Below the pieces are notes generated by a model. It did not search any database, was not told the origin of the DNA, and saw only the letters and a list, made by a program, of their open reading frames with translations. From Chiloscyllium plagiosum (Eukaryota), in NCBI RefSeq assembly GCF_004010195.1, contig NC_057713.1, positions 12,906,187 to 12,970,186 of the forward strand: a stretch of DNA of 64,000 nt. Reading direction: 5' to 3'. Made by a program: the position numbers and the translations under genes. Position 1 is the first letter of the stretch. Each line of letters opens with the position of its first letter. Shown in pieces: positions 63,939 through 64,000 of the stretch.

Positions 63939-64000
63939 TTTTCATGTTGCACACACTATTGTGTGGGCTCCGGTAAAAGCAGCCTACTATCAAATGTTCT
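63939..64000 (+). CDS. AFG3L2: AFG3L2 coding exon 2 (runs off the window)
   Basis: ggtttcttgcag|TTT TCA..; FSCCTHYCVGSGKSSLLSNV, with SLLSNV aligning to SLLTDI of mammalian exon 2; phase 0 matches exon 1. Confidence 0.75.

Overview
AT-rich, repeat-dense vertebrate genomic DNA. HE1/V-SINEs, SacSINE1-like Deu-SINEs, CR1, L1, RTE, Rex/Babar and several Penelope-like element (PLE) families point to a cartilaginous fish, probably a shark (inference). Three spliced protein-coding genes can be read directly. (1) A complete PRELID3A (SLMO1) on the minus strand: 6 coding exons, 54846->24927, 170 aa. (2) The first two exons of AFG3L2 on the plus strand (59693.., 63939..), head-to-head with PRELID3A as in mammals. 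(3) The 5' part of an unidentified gene on the minus strand (5380->3893) encoding a caspase-1-type CARD behind an NF-kB-site promoter; I know of no such gene at this position in the mammalian AFG3L2-PRELID3A-SPIRE1 block. The other main signal is a population of PLE termini carrying minimal hammerhead ribozymes, several with intact cores and one tandem pair 201 nt apart. Many sit in small palindromic insertions flanked by 12-15 bp target-site duplications. Two assembly gaps are present. Most ORFs in the supplied track are transposon debris. All calls are by eye; repeat boundaries are approximate.
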